From Bacteroidota bacterium (GTDB lineage: Bacteria; Bacteroidota; Bacteroidia; Palsa-965), in the NCBI GenBank assembly GCA_021299855.1, contig JAJTEY010000001.1, positions 29,521 to 93,520 of the forward strand: 64,000 bases of DNA, given 5' to 3'. Shown here piece after piece: positions 59,936 through 64,000 of the stretch. Positions within the stretch are counted from its first letter, which is position 1. The number at the start of each line of letters is the position of its first letter. A model generated the notes under the pieces. It was not told the origin of the DNA and did no database searches. It saw only the letters and a list, made by a program, of their open reading frames with translations. The position numbers and the translations under genes are program-made.

Positions 59936-62900
59936 ATGCAATTCAACCATTTACACGTTCATACCCAATTCTCTTTACTCGACGGGGCAGCACCTATTGA
60001 TGATTTATACAAAAAAGCCGTCGCAGATAAAATGCGCGGAATCGCGATTACGGATCACGGTAACATGTTCGGTGCATTCAAATTTGTTGCCGAAGCAGGT
60101 AAATACAACACGCCGGATAATCCGAATACGATTAAACCAATTGTGGGTTGTGAATTTTATTTGGTTGAAAACCGCGAGAAAAGACAATTTACGCGTGATG
60201 AACGCGACGTGCGTTTCCACCAATTGTTCTTAGCTAAGAATGCGGAAGGTTATCGTAATCTGGTGAAACTTTGCTCGCTCGGCTACATTGAAGGTTTATA
60301 TGGGAAGTATCCGCGAATTGATAAAGAACTGATTCTTCGCTATCACAAAGGACTTATTGCTACAACGTGTTGTCTTGCTGCAGAAGTGCCGCGTGCTATT
60401 ATTCGCAAAGGCGAAGCAGAGGCGGAAAAGGTGTTCAAATGGTGGCTCGATTTATTCGGTGAAGATTATTACATCGAATTGCAACGCCATGATATTCCTG
60501 AACAGAATATCGTTAACGAAGTGTTGCTGAAATGGGCAAAAAAATACAATGTAAAAATTATCGCATCGAACGACTCGCATTATGTGGACGTGGAAGATGC
60601 TAACGCGCATGATATCTTATTGTGCATCAATACCGGTGAAAAACAAAGCACTCCTTCCGCTAAAGATTTTTCCGATGATGATTCGTCCATGAAAGGCAAA
60701 CGATTCGCGTTCTGGAACGATCAATTTTATTTTAAGACTACACAGGAAATGAGTCAGCTGTTTGCTGATGTTCCTGAAGCTATCGACAACACCAATGAAA
60801 TTGTAGATAAAGTAGAGCCGCTGAAACTGAAGCGCGACATACTTCTGCCCCACTACACTATTCCATCGGGGTTCATGGATCAGGATGACTACCTGCAACA
60901 TTTAACATTCGAAGGAGCATACAAACGGTACCAAGAACTCACTCCCGAAATAGAAGAACGCATCAACTTCGAGTTGTTCACCATTAAAACAATGGGGTTT
61001 GCGGGATACTTTCTCATCGTTCAGGATTTCATCAATCATGGCAAAGATATCGGCGTATTCGTGGGTCCGGGACGCGGTTCTGCAGCGGGAAGTGCTGTTG
61101 CCTATTGTATCGGCATCACGAATATTGATCCGATCAAGTACAATTTGCTTTTCGAGCGATTCCTGAACCCGGATCGTAAGTCAATGCCCGATATTGATAC
61201 GGACTTTGACGATGAAGGAAGACAAAAAGTAATTGACTACGTCGTTGAAAAATACGGTCAGCGTCAAGTTGCGCAAATTGTTACGTACGGAACCATGGCC
61301 GCGAAAATGTCTATTAAGGATGTTGCACGCGTACTTGATTTACCGTTAGATCAGTCGAATGCATTGGCAAAATTAGTTCCCGATAAACCGGGCATCGAAT
61401 TGAATCGTGTCATCACCGCTCCTATTGACGGAGAAAAATCCTTGAAGGAGAAAGAAGGTTTAGGCGGTGAAGATTTGGACAATGTCAAGAAGTTGCGGGA
61501 GATTGCTGCAGGAAATGATCTTCAGGCTAAAGTAATTAAAGAAGCCTTAGTTCTGGAAGGCTCTGTTCGCGGCACGGGACTTCATGCGGCCGGAATCATC
61601 ATTGCTCCATCCGACTTAACGGAAATTATTCCTGTCGCGACATCGAAGGACACCAACTTACTCATCACGCAATTCGAAGGAAAAGTTATCGAAGATGCGG
61701 GTGTTATTAAGATGGACTTTTTAGGTCTGAAAACATTAACGATTATTCGTGATGCATTACGAATGATTAAAATGAATCATGGAATTGACATTGATATTGA
61801 TGCGATTCCGTTAGATGATTTGAAGACTTTCGAATTGTATCAACGCGGAGAAACAAACGGTACATTCCAGTTTGAATCTGCAGGTATGCAAAAGTATCTG
61901 AAAGATTTGCGTCCTGATAAATTCGAAGATCTGATTGCGATGAACGCCTTGTATCGTCCTGGTCCTATTGAATATATTCCGAATTTCATTGCGCGTAAAC
62001 ATGGACGCGAACCGATCAAATTTGACCTTCCTGAAATGGAAGAATTGTTGGCGGACACGTATGGTATTACGGTGTATCAGGAGCAAGTGATGTTGTTATC
62101 ACAAAAGCTTGCCGGGTTCACAAAAGGTGATGCCGATGTCTTGCGTAAAGCGATGGGTAAAAAAGATCGTGCAACGCTGGACAAGATGAAAGGTAAGTTC
62201 ATGGAAGGCATTAAGACGAAAGGACTTGATGAAAAAATTTGCGAAAAAGTGTGGACGGATTGGGAAGCCTTTGCGCAATATGCATTCAACAAATCGCATT
62301 CAACGTGTTATGCCTTCGTCGCCTATCAAACCGCATACTTGAAAGCACATTATCCGGCGGAATACATGGCGTCGGTGTTAACGCACAACCTTGGTAATAT
62401 CGATAAGATTACTTTCTTCATGGAAGAATCGCGGCGCATGGGAATTCCGGTATTAGGTCCGGATGTGAATGAATCGTTAATACAGTTCAGCGTTAACCAA
62501 CGAGGAAAAATTCGCTTCGGAATGGGCGCTATCAAAGGCGTGGGTGAAGCAGCAGCAGAAGCGATTATTAAAGAACGCAGCGAAAACGGGCCATACAAAA
62601 CGGTGTTTGATTTAGTGCGTCGTGTCAATTTGCGCGCGGTAAATAAAAAGACGTTTGAAAATCTGATTTATGCAGGAGCCATGGATTCATTTTCCGGATT
62701 TCATCGTGCAACGTATTTCAAAGCGGAGCAAGATGGTCAGATGACGTTCCTCGAAAAAATTATTCGTTACGGGCAACAGCATCAGGAAGGACAAAACTCT
62801 TCGCAGGTTTCTTTATTTGACATGAGTGACGGCGATAGTGCACTCGAAATGCCCGAGCCTGCAATACCGGTTACAGAAGAATTTTTAACGCTCGAAAAAT

Positions 62901-63538
62901 TAAAAGCCGAGCGAGATGTGATTGGCATTTTCTTGTCCGGTCATCCTTTGGATGATTTCAGAACTGAGATGACTACTTTCTGTAAACACAAAGTCAACGA
63001 CATTAAAGATTTAAAACCGTTAAAAGGTCATGAAGTAACATTAGGCGGATTAATTACCGCAGTGAATCATCGCATGACGAAGACCGGCAAACCTTTTGGT
63101 ACGTTTGTTTTGGAAGATTACGACGGCACGCATGAATTTGCGTTGTTTGGCGATGATTATGTGAAATACAAGCAGTTCATTCTGACATCTGGGCTATTTA
63201 TTTACATCAAGGGAAAAGTTCATGAGCGCTTTCAGAATGCGGATAATCTCGAGGTGAAAATTGTAGCGATGGAGTTGCTGACAGAAATGTTAGAGAAAAA
63301 AGTAAAACAGATTATGTTAAATGTTTCATTGCCGCACGTTAACGATGACATGATAGATCGCTTGCATGGTGTGGTATTGAAATATCCGGGAAACACCGCT
63401 ATACGATTTGCCGTTCATGATAACGTAGAACAATTACGCATTGAAATGCCTTCCCGTAAAATGCGTGTCCGACCCGACAATGAGTTTTTGAAAGAGCTGG
63501 AAGTTGTGGTTCCGGAAGTGAGCTGGAAATTGAATTAA
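59936..63538 (+). CDS. dnaE: DNA polymerase III alpha subunit
   Basis: HLHVHTQFSLLDGA, TDHGNM, GPGRGSAAGS, PDIDTDF, KMDFLGL, FNKSH, C-terminal OB fold. Confidence 0.98.
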   Translation: MQFNHLHVHTQFSLLDGAAPIDDLYKKAVADKMRGIAITDHGNMFGAFKFVAEAGKYNTPDNPNTIKPIVGCEFYLVENREKRQFTRDERDVRFHQLFLAKNAEGYRNLVKLCSLGYIEGLYGKYPRIDKELILRYHKGLIATTCCLAAEVPRAIIRKGEAEAEKVFKWWLDLFGEDYYIELQRHDIPEQNIVNEVLLKWAKKYNVKIIASNDSHYVDVEDANAHDILLCINTGEKQSTPSAKDFSDDDSSMKGKRFAFWNDQFYFKTTQEMSQLFADVPEAIDNTNEIVDKVEPLKLKRDILLPHYTIPSGFMDQDDYLQHLTFEGAYKRYQELTPEIEERINFELFTIKTMGFAGYFLIVQDFINHGKDIGVFVGPGRGSAAGSAVAYCIGITNIDPIKYNLLFERFLNPDRKSMPDIDTDFDDEGRQKVIDYVVEKYGQRQVAQIVTYGTMAAKMSIKDVARVLDLPLDQSNALAKLVPDKPGIELNRVITAPIDGEKSLKEKEGLGGEDLDNVKKLREIAAGNDLQAKVIKEALVLEGSVRGTGLHAAGIIIAPSDLTEIIPVATSKDTNLLITQFEGKVIEDAGVIKMDFLGLKTLTIIRDALRMIKMNHGIDIDIDAIPLDDLKTFELYQRGETNGTFQFESAGMQKYLKDLRPDKFEDLIAMNALYRPGPIEYIPNFIARKHGREPIKFDLPEMEELLADTYGITVYQEQVMLLSQKLAGFTKGDADVLRKAMGKKDRATLDKMKGKFMEGIKTKGLDEKICEKVWTDWEAFAQYAFNKSHSTCYAFVAYQTAYLKAHYPAEYMASVLTHNLGNIDKITFFMEESRRMGIPVLGPDVNESLIQFSVNQRGKIRFGMGAIKGVGEAAAEAIIKERSENGPYKTVFDLVRRVNLRAVNKKTFENLIYAGAMDSFSGFHRATYFKAEQDGQMTFLEKIIRYGQQHQEGQNSSQVSLFDMSDGDSALEMPEPAIPVTEEFLTLEKLKAERDVIGIFLSGHPLDDFRTEMTTFCKHKVNDIKDLKPLKGHEVTLGGLITAVNHRMTKTGKPFGTFVLEDYDGTHEFALFGDDYVKYKQFILTSGLFIYIKGKVHERFQNADNLEVKIVAMELLTEMLEKKVKQIMLNVSLPHVNDDMIDRLHGVVLKYPGNTAIRFAVHDNVEQLRIEMPSRKMRVRPDNEFLKELEVVVPEVSWKLN

Positions 63539-63566
63539 AAAAGGCCTGCTTACGGCAGACCTTCTC
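63537..63566 (-). terminator. Terminator between convergent genes (U tail on the minus strand)
   Basis: Minus strand AAGGTCTGC-cgtaa-GCAGGCCTT followed by TTTT. Confidence 0.7.
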
Positions 63567-63586
63567 TAAATATTTATGCGTACGAA

Positions 63587-64000
63587 TTAGAATTTCTCCG
63601 TACCTGTAACAACACCGTAAGGCGAATAATACGTCCAGGTGCCCACTTTCGCGCCGGTGTTACCGTATGAACCGGTATAATTTACTGCACCGTTTTCGTG
63701 AAAACCTTTCCAGGTACCAATTCGACGTTGTTGCGAATCCATTGTTCCTTCTTCAGAAACTTTTCCATTCGGGTAATAATACTTCGCAACACCAGTTATA
63801 TAGTTTACCTCAGTTGCAGCTGCGCCTGTATTGTAATACGTTTTCCACACTCCCGTTGGCTTTCCATTGTTATCATACGTTTCTTCAGCGGAAACTTGTC
63901 CATTATCGTACCAGTATTTCCAGGAACCCATTTTGTGAACTCCGGAAAGTTTCTGCGCTATGGTTTCTTTGCTATCACCAGCTTGAATCTTGGGATTCGC
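63587..64000 (-). CDS. MORN-variant (YwqK-like) repeat protein, C-terminal part only
   Basis: G.WK.(W/Y)Y.NG repeats; the frame stays open to the window end (ANPKIQAG...HKMGSWKY). Confidence 0.8.
   Translation of the reverse strand, partial: ANPKIQAGDSKETIAQKLSGVHKMGSWKYWYDNGQVSAEETYDNNGKPTGVWKTYYNTGAAATEVNYITGVAKYYYPNGKVSEEGTMDSQQRRIGTWKGFHENGAVNYTGSYGNTGAKVGTWTYYSPYGVVTGTEKF

Noticed and set aside
59936..63538. Intein or other insertion in dnaE (also checked recA)
   Set aside because: Lengths are ordinary and no splicing-junction or homing-endonuclease motifs were seen.
63587..64000. Toxin-antitoxin system suggested by YwqK-like repeats
   Set aside because: MORN-variant repeats are generic, no toxin gene is visible, and the gene is cut by the window edge.

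Overview
Core-chromosome segment of a Bacteroidota bacterium, inferred from TAnnTTTG -7 promoter elements, AT-rich translation starts without Shine-Dalgarno sites, T9SS C-terminal sorting domains, and the serC-serA-DUF1015 and parA-parB-DUF5683 gene orders. It has about 48 CDS. Most are housekeeping genes (serC, serA, yggS, lptF/G-like, aroK, recA, bcp, trmN6, rimM, rpsP, dapB, two lepB, acyl-CoA carboxylase beta, addA-like, yajQ, parA, parB, dnaE). There is one tRNA-Lys(TTT) and five T9SS cargo genes: a 2445-aa surface protein, two type-B CTD proteins (one split by a frameshift), an S8 protease and an SBBP-repeat protein. I saw no transposase, integrase, prophage, CRISPR array or rRNA. The best leads are (1) a Tat-exported class-V PLP enzyme translationally coupled to a RidA with an N-terminal membrane anchor, (2) a BCP peroxiredoxin fused to a ~90-aa histone-H1-like Lys/Ala tail upstream of recA, (3) a 130-bp-period duplication of the tRNA-Lys 3' end plus terminator whose spacers are also related, (4) DUF1015 sitting where serB would be expected, and (5) O-glycosylation sequons concentrated in one half of the giant T9SS protein. 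All calls come from reading motifs by eye; no database searches were run.
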